Shown here piece by piece: positions 41,258 to 51,104 of a stretch of DNA of 64,000 nucleotides. The position numbers were made by a program, and so were the translations under genes. Numbering within the stretch: the stretch's first letter is position 1; the number at the start of each line of letters is the position of its first letter. The notes beneath the pieces are model-generated. The model did not search any database and was not told where the DNA came from. It saw only the letters and a program-made list of their open reading frames with translations. Where the stretch lies: NCBI GenBank assembly GCA_963709225.1, contig CAVPVM010000002.1:527168-591167 (forward strand), written 5' to 3'. The stretch comes from an uncultured Solirubrobacterales bacterium (GTDB taxonomy: Bacteria > Actinomycetota > Thermoleophilia > Solirubrobacterales > Solirubrobacteraceae).

Positions 41258-42031
41258 TCACCCGACAAGGTGGGTCTCGTAGATCACGCCGCCCGGCTGC
41301 CGGCCCGCGACGCTGATGAAGACGCCCTTGTTGAGCCAGTCGAGCTCCCTTGAGGCCGTTGCGATCCGCGTCGACGTGCGAAACGTGTATTCGCTCGCAT
41401 CGACGTCATCCCCGCGGGACAGGCGGCTGAGCACCTCGGGGCTTCCGTGGCGGATGCCGTGCGACTGAACATAGAGGACGTCCCCGGAGTCCGTCTCCAG
41501 CACGTACCGGATGTCACCGAGCACCGTCCCGTCAGGCAGCACGGTCTGCCAGTCGGCGCTTGCTACGCCGACCAGCGTCCCGGCGATCTCGGGCCCGCTG
41601 AACAGTCCTGCGGTCAGAGGCACGATCCGCAGATGGCCCGTGGCGGTTTCGCCGATCTCGATCGGCTGTCCGAGCGTCGCCTCGAGCCGGTAAACGGCGG
41701 TGATCTGGGGTCTCGGTAGCTCGGCACCGGACGCAGGCGCAGCGATCGGGTCGTTGGAGTGTGGCTCCAGGGGCGTAACGGTGACCTTCATCCAATTGCT
41801 CAGCGGCAGGGCGCCGAGCAGGCCGTCCAGTTCCTCCTGGCTGCGCGCCCGGTAGATCCCGACGGCGCGGCTCTGGCCGGATGCGGCGCTGATCTTCCAC
41901 AGCCGCACGAGGTGCCCTCGACGCGCCAACCCGGCGGCGGCTGCCGCCTCAGCCCGTTCGCGCTCCCTCACCTCGGCCTCGCGCGTCCCTTCCGGGACCG
42001 TCACATCGAACTCAACGAGAAACTCCATCAT
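41258..42031 (-). CDS. fusion of muconolactone delta-isomerase-like domain and DUF3237 (UPF0311) domain
   Basis: The N-terminal 95 aa (MMEFLVEFDVTVPEGT ... LPLSNWMKVTVTPLEPH) are MIase-like. The C-terminal part (IEIGETATGHLRIVPLTAGLFSGPEIAGTL ... SEYTFRTSTRIAT) matches the DUF3237 pattern. Confidence 0.7.
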   Translation of the reverse strand: MMEFLVEFDVTVPEGTREAEVRERERAEAAAAAGLARRGHLVRLWKISAASGQSRAVGIYRARSQEELDGLLGALPLSNWMKVTVTPLEPHSNDPIAAPASGAELPRPQITAVYRLEATLGQPIEIGETATGHLRIVPLTAGLFSGPEIAGTLVGVASADWQTVLPDGTVLGDIRYVLETDSGDVLYVQSHGIRHGSPEVLSRLSRGDDVDASEYTFRTSTRIATASRELDWLNKGVFISVAGRQPGGVIYETHLVG

Positions 42032-42074
42032 CCATGTCCTTTGCGTGATGCGCGCCTCAGCGCCCCACCCGCGG

Positions 42075-42752
42075 TTATTCGCGGCCGCCGCCAAACAGTT
42101 CAAGTAGAAGCAGGAAGACGTTGAAGATGTCGAGAAAGATCCCGGCCGCGATCGCAACCGAACTGGCGGCATCCGCGCGGCGCAGGCGGTTGAAGTCGAC
42201 CACCGTGAATCCGCCGAAGATCACGAGCCCGAGCACCGAGTAAATGATGTCGTAGCTCGGGATCGTGACGAAGATTCCCACGATCCCGAACGCGATCAGC
42301 GCAAGGAGCGCCCAGAACAGCAGGCGCGTCCACGATGAGAGGTCCTGCTTCGTCGCGTACCCAAGCGTCCCCAGCGCGCCTACAAACAGGGCGGTCGTTC
42401 CGGCGGCGTCCCAAAGCGCCCCCGGTCGTGCCTGCGCGTAGCTCGCCAGTACCGGGGCGACCGCCAGCCCAATCGTCGCGCCGAGGCCGAACAGCAACCC
42501 GATCGCGAGTTGCTCATGACCGCGCGACGCAGCGAGGTTGAGGCCCACGACACAGGCGAGCGCGCCAATGAAAAACGCGATTCCAACGCCGCCCGGGAGA
42601 TTTCGCCCGACGTAGGCGCCCAACGCCGTACACCCGACTGTGAGCGCGACCAGGCCCATAACCTGCGCAAAAACGCTGCGCACGCCACTGTCAGCGAAGG
42701 CCCGATTGCCGACCGCGAGCGTCTGATCTCCGGACCCAAAGTGTGTGCCCAT
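42075..42752 (-). CDS. Bax inhibitor-1/YccA family membrane protein
   Basis: GAGGAGG RBS, seven TM segments, charged C-terminal tail LLLLELFGGGRE. Confidence 0.8.
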   Translation of the reverse strand: MGTHFGSGDQTLAVGNRAFADSGVRSVFAQVMGLVALTVGCTALGAYVGRNLPGGVGIAFFIGALACVVGLNLAASRGHEQLAIGLLFGLGATIGLAVAPVLASYAQARPGALWDAAGTTALFVGALGTLGYATKQDLSSWTRLLFWALLALIAFGIVGIFVTIPSYDIIYSVLGLVIFGGFTVVDFNRLRRADAASSVAIAAGIFLDIFNVFLLLLELFGGGRE

Positions 42753-42912
42753 GTTGTCGCCTCCTCGGCTCGTTGCTGCAAGACAGACCTGTGCAACCTG
42801 GGACAGCGTCGCCGCCCCCAGCACTCATCGCGCCCGTCGCACTCCCTGGTCGCCACCCCCGGGGGACGACGGAGCTCGCTGTGTGTAGCGGGAGCCGCGG
42901 AACGCGTTGCTG

Positions 42913-43107
42913 CTATGCCGACAGCGCCCGGACCGCGTGGATCGCGATTTCGCCGAAGCGCCGCGTCGCAATCTCCTCATCATCCAGGGCGCGAGAAAAC
43001 GCTGCGAATGCGCTGCTGCGATCTGCCGCGGTGACCGCGCTGCCCCACCGTCGGTAGGCAGCATCCAGCTCACCTGAATGCTCCCGCCACGTTATGTACC
43101 GATCCAT
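42913..43107 (-). CDS. small hypothetical protein (64 aa)
   Basis: MDRYITWREHSGELDAAYRRW... Same strand as its neighbours. No family recognised. Confidence 0.35.
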   Translation of the reverse strand: MDRYITWREHSGELDAAYRRWGSAVTAADRSSAFAAFSRALDDEEIATRRFGEIAIHAVRALSA

Positions 43108-43168
43108 GAAGCTGTCGACAACCGCCGACCTACCCGGCAAGGTCGCGCGGGCCCGGGGCTTGCGCGCG

Positions 43169-43420
43169 CTACGCATCGGCGCTCACCGAGTGGCCCATCG
43201 CCAAAGTCACGTGGCGATGCTCGAGTTCAGCGAGCGAGCGCGTGAGTCGGACGTTCTCGACCCGCAGGCGAGCCGCCTCGCGCCGAGCGCTCGCCAAGTC
43301 GTGGGCGAGCGCCGGAAGGACCACCTGCAACCTGTTGAGCCGATCGAGGAGCGCACGCTCCGCCCATGTTGCATACGCGCCGTCAGGCTCGGCTCGATTT
43401 GGATCAGTCGCGCTCACCAT
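43169..43420 (-). CDS. small coiled-coil hypothetical protein (83 aa)
   Basis: Heptad-like segment LASARREAARLRVENVRLTRSLAELE. Lies downstream of the LAL regulator on the same strand. Confidence 0.4.
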   Translation of the reverse strand: MVSATDPNRAEPDGAYATWAERALLDRLNRLQVVLPALAHDLASARREAARLRVENVRLTRSLAELEHRHVTLAMGHSVSADA

Positions 43421-43730
43421 GCCTCACTTTCTGTCGTCGCGGCGCGTCTTACAGGAGCACTCACACGCCGCCCAGCCGCTCACCAAGGCGGTCAACGGCG
43501 CGCATCAAGACACCGTTATCGCGCCGAGGCTCATTGAGTGAATCGTGTGTTGGTGTCCGGCCACTCTCCTGCGCGCGGAGAACCGTCGCGCCTGTTGAAA
43601 GCCCTGGTCGGTCCCTGGTCGGGCGGATCCGCGTGACCGCCCAGGCGGGGCACTCGACCGGCGGCAATCCGAGCGCCGGGGAGCCGGCCGGCTTGGGCCA
43701 GGTTTCAGGCCCGCCCGCCGGCCGCCACCG

Positions 43731-46613
43731 TCACGCGACGAGCGTCATGCGCTGCGCATTTGGCAGCGTGCCTGGCAGCTCCTTACGCGAGCTGATGCCG
43801 AGCTTGGCGAAGACCTTCCGCAGGTGCCACTCGACAGTGCGCGGGCTGAGGAACAGCTGGCCGCCGATCTCGGGGTTGGAGCGACCCTCGCTTGCCAGCC
43901 TTGCGATCTGCTCCTCCTGCGCGGTGAGCTCGTCGCGCGTCTCGACGCTGCGCTTGCGGACCGTCTCGCCGGTCGCCAGCAGCTCACGCCGGGCGCGCTC
44001 GGCGAACCCGTCAATGCCCATCGCAGTCAGCATCTCGTGGGCGGTCCTGAGGTGCCCGCGCGCCTCTACCCGCCGACGCTCGCGGCGCAGCCACTCGCCA
44101 TAGAGAAGATGGGTTCGAGCAAGTTCCGCGCGGATGCGGGTTCGACGGAGCCGCTCGACCGCCTCGCCGTAGAGGCGATCGGCGGCGTCGCCGTCGCTGA
44201 GGAGCGCGCGCGAGCGCGCTTCGATGCCCAGCGCCCAGTCGCTCCCGCTGGCACGTGCGCGCTCCGAGAGGCGCCGTAATGTAGGCGTGGCCCGCTCGGG
44301 CTTCCCGGCTCGCACGGCCGCCTCGACGAGCTCCGCCATCGACCAGGTCGCCCAGCCGAACTCGCGATGCTGCTCGCACGCCCGTTCCGCGACGACGAGC
44401 GCCTCGTTGTAGCGACCCAGTCCGTTGTAGAGGACGGCGCTGGCCCATTCGGAGGCACTCAGCCAACTCCCCTCGCCGCGATCGATCATCTCGTCCATCG
44501 AGGTCGCAATCAGGTGTGTGACCTCGCGTTCACGTCCGCACCAAGCCGCAATTGAAAGGGACGCGTACCGCCCGATCGGCTTTCCGACCACCCGAGCGAT
44601 TGCCTCCGCCTCGGAAGCCATCGAACACGCGACAGAGAGGTCACCCGCCAACACTCGCAGCGCCGCCGCCGACATCAGAGCAACCGGTAGCACGTCGAGG
44701 GCGCCCGCCTCACGGGCGATCCCCACCAGCCTGGTGGACAGTCGCAGCCAGCTCTCGTCATCCCACAGTTCCGGCGCCACGCTGCACACCAGCGGGAGCA
44801 CGAGCGACGTTTCGTCGGTCGACATCTCGCACTCGCAGAACGCGCTCACCGCCGTCTTCAGCAGCGGGGCACCGGCTGCGTGCCCCTCGGTGGTCATGAT
44901 CGCCAGGCCCTCCACCAGCAGATCGGCTGCACCTGCGGACGGCGCTGTCGCCCATGCGAAGCGCGCAGCCCTCCCGACGTCGACGATGCCGCCGGCGCGC
45001 CGCGCAAGACGCCCGGCAGCAAGTGCCGCCGAGAACGCGTCGCCGTAGGTCGCACGAGCAAGCGCGAGATCCATCGCCTCGAGGCGCTTGGCGGCGTCGA
45101 GCATCAGTCGCGGCGCGTCACGACCCTGACCCGAGTCGGCTGCGATCTGGGCGCGCAACAGCTTGGCGCGCGCGCGTTGAAGCTCATCGAGGGGCGCAGC
45201 ATCGGCGATGGTCAGCATTCGCAGCGCCACATCGGTTGCCCCGATCCGAGCCTTGGCCTGCGCAGCCGCGAGGGCGCGCTCGCCCCGACGCACCGCATCG
45301 GGCGTGCGCTCGGCAGCCATTCTCTGGAATGCCGCCGCGGCCGCGATACCGCCCCGGGCCCGTGCCCGCCCCGCCGAACGATCGAGTTCGGCTGCGACGT
45401 CCTCGTCGAGCCCTGGGGTCGCGAGCGCACGATGCCACGCCCGCCGCTCGGGATCCAGCTCGGCGTCGGCCACCTCGGCCAACGCGCGGTGCACAATCTG
45501 GCGCTCCCGTGGCGACGCGGCCCGGTAAACCGCTGAGCGCGCGAGCGGATGACAGAACTGCACCTGTCCGCCGAACTCGGCGATCCCGGCTGCCGCCGCC
45601 GCGTCGCCCGCGTCGGCGTCTATCTCCAGCAGCTCGGCCGCGCGCCAGATCGCGAGCGGATCCAACACCGGCTCGGCGGCGGCGGTCAGCAGTAGCAGCC
45701 GCGACGCGGACGGAAGCAACGAGAGCCGCTGCCGGAAGCTCTCCTCCAGCCTGCCTGGGAGACCCGGATGGTCAATCAGCCCAAAGCCTCCGGCCAGCTC
45801 CTCGGGCGTTCGGCCGCGCGACAGCTCCAGCAGCGCCAGCGGGTTGCCGCGCGTTTCAGCGACGATGCGCTCCAGCACGCGCTCGTCGAGCGGACCGGTC
45901 ACAACGGATCGCAATAGCGCCCGCGCGTCGCTCTCGGTCAAGCCGCCGACAACGAGCTCGGGCAGGTCGGCGAGATCACGACTGTCGCCGTCCGTGCCCA
46001 CGCTAAAGACGATCGCGACCGGCTCGGCGGCGAGGCGGCGGATCGCGAAGGCCAGAGCCTGGGTCGACTCGCGATCGAGCAAGTGGGCATCGTCGACGGT
46101 GCAGATAAGCGGCCGCTCCTCGGCAACCCACGACAGCAGGCTCAGAACCGCCAGACCGACGAGGAACCGATCGGGGGCGGCGGCATCGAGGATGCCAAAC
46201 GCCGTTCCGAGCGCGTCACGCTGTGGGCCGGGCAACGCGCCGAGCCGATGCAGAAACGGCGCGCACAGCTGGTGGAGGCCCGCGAAAGCGAGCCGCATCT
46301 CCGACTCGACGCCGGAGACACGCGCCACGCGGCAGCCATGAGCACGCTCCACCAGGTAGTCAAGCAGCGCGGTCTTGCCCACTCCGGGGTCGCCGCGCAC
46401 GACCAACATCTGACTCTGGCCGCTCCGCACGTTCGCCAGGATGGCGTCAAGCGCTTCGCACTCGTTGCGACGGCCCCGCAGCTTGGGCTGGGCCGTGCAC
46501 CGCGGACTTGGCCGCAATCCCCCGTGCGGCGTAAACGGCGCCGGTGCGGACTCAACGTCCGAGCCGAACAGGACATCGTGGTGATCAACAACGCCGAGAC
46601 TCCCGACAGTCAT
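43731..46613 (-). CDS. large ATP-binding LuxR-family regulator (LAL/MalT-like: AAA-TPR-HTH)
   Basis: Walker A GDPGVGKTALL, Walker B ICTVDDAHLLD, a long helical repeat region, and C-terminal HTH LTAQEEQIARLASEGRSNPEIGGQLFLSPRTVEWHLRKVF. Confidence 0.9.
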   Translation of the reverse strand: MTVGSLGVVDHHDVLFGSDVESAPAPFTPHGGLRPSPRCTAQPKLRGRRNECEALDAILANVRSGQSQMLVVRGDPGVGKTALLDYLVERAHGCRVARVSGVESEMRLAFAGLHQLCAPFLHRLGALPGPQRDALGTAFGILDAAAPDRFLVGLAVLSLLSWVAEERPLICTVDDAHLLDRESTQALAFAIRRLAAEPVAIVFSVGTDGDSRDLADLPELVVGGLTESDARALLRSVVTGPLDERVLERIVAETRGNPLALLELSRGRTPEELAGGFGLIDHPGLPGRLEESFRQRLSLLPSASRLLLLTAAAEPVLDPLAIWRAAELLEIDADAGDAAAAAGIAEFGGQVQFCHPLARSAVYRAASPRERQIVHRALAEVADAELDPERRAWHRALATPGLDEDVAAELDRSAGRARARGGIAAAAAFQRMAAERTPDAVRRGERALAAAQAKARIGATDVALRMLTIADAAPLDELQRARAKLLRAQIAADSGQGRDAPRLMLDAAKRLEAMDLALARATYGDAFSAALAAGRLARRAGGIVDVGRAARFAWATAPSAGAADLLVEGLAIMTTEGHAAGAPLLKTAVSAFCECEMSTDETSLVLPLVCSVAPELWDDESWLRLSTRLVGIAREAGALDVLPVALMSAAALRVLAGDLSVACSMASEAEAIARVVGKPIGRYASLSIAAWCGREREVTHLIATSMDEMIDRGEGSWLSASEWASAVLYNGLGRYNEALVVAERACEQHREFGWATWSMAELVEAAVRAGKPERATPTLRRLSERARASGSDWALGIEARSRALLSDGDAADRLYGEAVERLRRTRIRAELARTHLLYGEWLRRERRRVEARGHLRTAHEMLTAMGIDGFAERARRELLATGETVRKRSVETRDELTAQEEQIARLASEGRSNPEIGGQLFLSPRTVEWHLRKVFAKLGISSRKELPGTLPNAQRMTLVA

Positions 46614-47126
46614 GTTCCGCTCCTCTATGAGGTCACCCAGGCCGTGGACTACCCGCGCAGTCGCGCCGAGGCGGTTGTCCTCGCACGGTCTGGCCGCGCT
46701 GGCCGCGCCCTCGCGTGCTCACCGCTGTGCTCCAACGCCACCCGCGCCGACTCGCGATCGAGCCACTCCGCATCGGCGACCGGTGTCCGCGAGAATCTGT
46801 GACTCTGTGGCGCCTCCGGCCCGGCGCAGCGTCGTTCGTGACCCCGCCGCTAGCGTGCCCTCCGGGTCTGCCTCAACGCCCCGTGCCATGCTGCGAGTGT
46901 TCTCTTGTGCCGGGCTCGCGACAATGCCGCAGCCTGCATCGTCCTGGTGCGGCTGCCCCGTGCCCGAGGCGGGCCAACCCGAGTGCCACCCGCGCCGGGG
47001 AACGGCCGGCACCGCGGCGAGCGAGCTCAAGCGGCTGTTCCGCGCCGCGCATGGCGCGATCCCACTGCGGCGCTCTGGTTTGCGGGCCGGCCGACGCGTA
47101 CTGCACGCGTGTCGTAGCGTAAGGCC

Positions 47127-47789
47127 ATGAACGCTGGCGGAGGGCTGCGTGTGGTCGTCGGCGAGGATCAACCGATCACACGCCAGGGCCTTGTCAGCGT
47201 GCTCGCGGAGAGTGGGTTCGACGTCGCCGGCGTGGCCGGCGATGCAACCGAACTGATCCGTAAGTCGCGGGCGCACCGGCCGCACGTCGTCATCACCGAC
47301 ATTCGGATGCCGCCGGGCAATGCCGACGACGGGTTCCGCGCGGCGCTGCAGATACGCGCGGAGCAGCCTGAGGTCGGCGTGCTCATCTTTTCGCAGTACC
47401 TCGAGGCCGGCTACGCCCTCGACCTTGTCGGCGAACGCGCCGCCGGCGTGGGCTATCTGCTCAAGGAGCGGGTTGGCGATCTGTCGTTCTTCACGGACGC
47501 CGTCCTGCGCGTCGCGCGCGGCGGCTCGGCGCTCGATCCCGAGGTGGTCCAGGCGATGGTCGGGCGCCCACGCGTGCGGGGGCCGCTGACCGAGCTGACG
47601 CCGCGCGAGCGTGAGGTGCTCGCACTGATCGCGGAGGGACGCTCAAACATCGCCATCGCCGAGCGCTTGACGGTGACCGTCGGTGCCGTCGAGCGCCACG
47701 TGACGAACATCTTCGACAGACTGGGCCTGCGGTCGGCGCCTGAGGATCATCGGCGTGTGCTGGCCGTGCTCGAGTACCTGAAGAACTGA
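47127..47789 (+). CDS. NarL-family response regulator
   Basis: VVVGEDQPITRQGL, VVITDIRMPP; HTH LTPREREVLALIAEGRSNIAIAERL. Confidence 0.9.
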   Translation: MNAGGGLRVVVGEDQPITRQGLVSVLAESGFDVAGVAGDATELIRKSRAHRPHVVITDIRMPPGNADDGFRAALQIRAEQPEVGVLIFSQYLEAGYALDLVGERAAGVGYLLKERVGDLSFFTDAVLRVARGGSALDPEVVQAMVGRPRVRGPLTELTPREREVLALIAEGRSNIAIAERLTVTVGAVERHVTNIFDRLGLRSAPEDHRRVLAVLEYLKN

Positions 47790-47871
47790 TTGCTGGGGAT
47801 AGCCCCATTGCCGAGGCGACGCCGAGAGCCGATGCTGTGGGGGTGCGTCCTTTGTTGCCATCGTGTAAAGC

Positions 47872-48231
47872 ATGCAGACCTCCGTCCTGATCGTCGACGA
47901 TGACCCGGGATTCGGACGCGCGGCGGCAGAGGTGCTTACCGCGCGCGGGTATCGGGTGCTCGGGCAGGCCACGAGCGTCGCGGACGCGCTGACGAAGTGC
48001 GATCAACTTGATCCCGACGCGGTGCTCGTTGACGTGAGACTGCCGGACGGCGATGGCGTTTCACTCGCCGAGCAACTGCACGCTCGCCCGCACGCGCCGA
48101 TGGTCCTGCTTACGTCGACCGACCGCAAGGCCGTCTTGCCGGAGACCTTGCGTCTGAGCGGGGCAAACGGATTCGTCCCCAAGACACGTCTCGCGGACTG
48201 CGACATGGACCAGTTCCTCCGCAGGCGCTGA
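47872..48231 (+). CDS. single-domain response regulator
   Basis: VLIVDDDPGF, AVLVDVRLPDGDG, GFVPK. Confidence 0.8.
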   Translation: MQTSVLIVDDDPGFGRAAAEVLTARGYRVLGQATSVADALTKCDQLDPDAVLVDVRLPDGDGVSLAEQLHARPHAPMVLLTSTDRKAVLPETLRLSGANGFVPKTRLADCDMDQFLRRR

Positions 48232-48243
48232 GAGCGTGTCGTG

Positions 48244-49332
48244 TCAGCCGGGCAGGGGTATGCGTGCGGTCAGTGTCGTGCCGGCGCCGCGGCCGGGGCT
48301 TGTCAGTTCGAGCCTGCCGTCGAGCGCGGAAACCCGGTCTCCCAGACCGACCAGTCCGGTCCCCGCTGAATCCAGTGTCGCTCCGCCGACGCCATCGTCG
48401 CGGACCTCGATCGTCAGTTCGTCGTCGCGGGCCGACACGCTTACCCAGGCTTCGCTCGCCGCCGCGTGCTTGATGACGTTTGTGAGAGCCTCCGAGCAGA
48501 AGAAGTAGGCGATCACCGCGATCACGGGCGAGAGCTCGACGTTGGCGACATCCAGCGACACCGGGATCGGCATCCGGGCTGCCAGCGAATCGAGCGCAGC
48601 CGGGAGACCTCGGTCCGTGAGGATTGCCGGGTGAATCCCGGCTGCGAGCCGCCGCAGGTTCTCGATCCCGGCCTCCGCCTCAGCGCACGCGACATCGAGT
48701 AGCTCTCGCGCGCGCTCCCGCTCCGACGACCACTTCTGCTGCGCGAGCTGAAGGTTGATCAGCGTGTTGACGAACTGCTGTTGGGCGCCGTCGTGAATGT
48801 CCCTGGTGATCTGCTCGCGCGCGGCGTAGCCGGCTTCGATCACCCGGCGCTGCGCCGCCCTGAGGTCATGCGCGGCTTGGAGGCGATCGGTGATGTCCCG
48901 CACGAAGGCGGTGAACCCGGGTCCCGACGGCGATTCGACGCGAGTGACGGTCAGCTCGGCTGGGAACAGGCTTCCATCGGCGCGCATCGCGCTCAGCTCC
49001 ACCCTGCGATCGAGGATCCTCGACTCCCCCGTCGCGAGGTGTCGCCGCAAACCGCGGCGGTGGGCGTCCCGTAGTGCGGGCGGCATGATCAGTTCGGCGA
49101 GGTCTCGACCGATCGCCTCATCGCGGCTGTAGCCGAACGTGCGCTCGGCCGACGAATTGAAATAGGACACGCGGCCGCGATCGTCGATGCTTATCACGCA
49201 GTCGAGCGCGGCATCCAGCACTGCTCGCTCGCGCGCGTCGGGGGCTGCGCTCGGGGTTCCCACGTCACCATCGGCAGCCGCCACTCGGCGCGATTCTACT
49301 ATCGGATTCCAGAATTCCCAGGCCCTGCGCAC
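48244..49332 (-). CDS. cytoplasmic PAS - HisKA_3 - HATPase sensor histidine kinase
   Basis: PAS (VISIDDRGRVSYFNSSAERTFGY), HisKA_3 H-box ITRDIHDGAQQQ, G-box DDGVGGA ... GTGLVGLGDRV. Confidence 0.85.
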   Translation of the reverse strand: MRRAWEFWNPIVESRRVAAADGDVGTPSAAPDARERAVLDAALDCVISIDDRGRVSYFNSSAERTFGYSRDEAIGRDLAELIMPPALRDAHRRGLRRHLATGESRILDRRVELSAMRADGSLFPAELTVTRVESPSGPGFTAFVRDITDRLQAAHDLRAAQRRVIEAGYAAREQITRDIHDGAQQQFVNTLINLQLAQQKWSSERERARELLDVACAEAEAGIENLRRLAAGIHPAILTDRGLPAALDSLAARMPIPVSLDVANVELSPVIAVIAYFFCSEALTNVIKHAAASEAWVSVSARDDELTIEVRDDGVGGATLDSAGTGLVGLGDRVSALDGRLELTSPGRGAGTTLTARIPLPG

Positions 49333-49504
49333 ACATCAGCAAGGTTCCGCGTCGCCTTGTCGACACGGGCGGCGGCCAGTGGCTCCACGGGCGCGAACTG
49401 CTCGCGAATACGCAAGCCTGCTGTTAGCCTGAACCCGGGGCCGCCGAACAGGATGGCACGCGTGCCTGGGTGAGCTCCGCGCCGCCACATCACGAAAGGA
49501 AAAG

Positions 49505-49831
49505 ATGTCCGCCTGCACCCATCTCGATCATGTACACGTCACGGAATTGCCTGCGGCGGTGGACGGATGCGTCGAATGCCTTGAGACCGGCGGGGTCTGG
49601 CTGCACCTGCGCATATGCCTAGAGTGCGGCCATGTCGGCTGCTGCGACGACTCGCCCAACCGTCACGCGACCGCGCACGCCCACACCACCGGGCATCCGA
49701 TCATCCGTTCGCTCGAGCCGGGCGAGACGTGGAGCTGGTGCTACGTCGACCAGCTCGTGTTGGACATCCCCGGCGTACACGGCTCGACGCGGATACCGCC
49801 GTCGCCCATGCTCACAGGGGGCTACGCCTGA
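49505..49831 (+). CDS. UBP-type zinc-finger domain protein
   Basis: C/H pattern CTHL ... CVEC ... ICLECGHVGCCDDSPNRHATAH ... GHP. Confidence 0.7.
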   Translation: MSACTHLDHVHVTELPAAVDGCVECLETGGVWLHLRICLECGHVGCCDDSPNRHATAHAHTTGHPIIRSLEPGETWSWCYVDQLVLDIPGVHGSTRIPPSPMLTGGYA

Positions 49832-49899
49832 GCTGCCTGACGCGCCCGCACGCCCGCACGTCGTTGACCTGGTGTGTCAGTCGATCCTCACGACCGCGC

Positions 49900-50658
49900 T
49901 CACTCCACCAACTGCTGGCCGCCGTCGATGGTGTACGTAGCCCCCGTGAGCGCGGTGTTGACCATGACGTGGACGGCGAGCGCGGCGACGTCAGCCGGTT
50001 CGACGACACGGCCGATCGGGAGGGTGGCGCGTAGCTGATCGCGGCGCTTCTCGATGTCGTCGCCGAGCAGCGATGCCGACAGCGGCGTGTCGATAAAACC
50101 TGCTTCGATCAGGTTGACGCGTACCGGCGCGACCTCAAGCGCCAGGTTCGCGACCAGCGCGGGGAGCGCGGCAGCAACCGTCGACACGCTTCCGCTTCCG
50201 GCGCTCGGGTGAGAGCCTTCGGTGGCGCTGATGTACACCAGCGTCCCTCCCGGTCTCACCTTGCCGGCGGCGTTGCGGGCGACATCGGTGGCGAGCAGGA
50301 TGCGGTCCCCGAGGGCGTCTCGCAGCTCGCCGGGCTTCATCCCCAGAAGACGCCCGTAGTGCGGTCTGCCCGCGGTGACCATCACGTGATCGATCGGCTT
50401 CGGAAGGCCCGCGAAGAACCGCTCGAGCGCCGACGGGTCATTCGCGTCGAACGCCGCGGTACTCAGCGCGCCCACCTCGAGCGCGGCACGCCGCAAGGCT
50501 TCGGGCTTTCGACCGGTAAGGATCACGTTGGCGCCCTCGGCACGTGCGCGGCGTGCGGTTTCCAGTCCCACGCCGGAGCTGCCGCCGACGATGACGACGG
50601 TCTGCCCGAGAAGCTCAGACTTGCGTTGGGCGGGGGGTGCTGTGACTGCGGTGGCCAT
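49900..50658 (-). CDS. SDR family oxidoreductase
   Basis: VVIVGGSSGVGLETA Rossmann motif; C-terminal TGATYTIDGG. Confidence 0.8.
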   Translation of the reverse strand: MATAVTAPPAQRKSELLGQTVVIVGGSSGVGLETARRARAEGANVILTGRKPEALRRAALEVGALSTAAFDANDPSALERFFAGLPKPIDHVMVTAGRPHYGRLLGMKPGELRDALGDRILLATDVARNAAGKVRPGGTLVYISATEGSHPSAGSGSVSTVAAALPALVANLALEVAPVRVNLIEAGFIDTPLSASLLGDDIEKRRDQLRATLPIGRVVEPADVAALAVHVMVNTALTGATYTIDGGQQLVE

Positions 50659-51104
50659 GGTTCCTCCGATAGGGATGGCGGTGCCACTCGCATGTTGCCC
50701 CGCACGCGCTGCGCTCGCGCCCGGGGAACACCCTGGGTCGCGTCCCCAGTCTCTGCCCGGTCGCGTCCCCGCTCTGTGCCGACAAAGCGGTCGGCGCAGC
50801 TCGCGTCTCGCGTGATCTGCGCGAGACTCCCGGCAAGACGGCGCTTCGACATCCCTCCCCCTGCCGTCCTTTCTTGTCGGCCACCGGCCGGATTCTGCGG
50901 AGCACGCCGAGCGACTGCGCGCCGCCGGCCTGGGACACGCCCACGGCCGCGACGCATTAAGCGATCACGGGCGCAGGAGTCCGCCGGCCAGGGCATCGAC
51001 CAGGGTTTCGCACGGGCGCGAGCGGCTGGGGAAAACGGGACAGTGTCGCCTCACCGAGATGCCGCAGCAGCGACCCTGACGCGTCGACACGCGAGGAGGA
51101 GCAG

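Noticed and set aside
50659-51104. Possible remnant regulator gene upstream of the epoxide hydrolase operon
   Set aside because: Only short protein-like stretches appear in different frames. No continuous ORF with a recognisable HTH was found.
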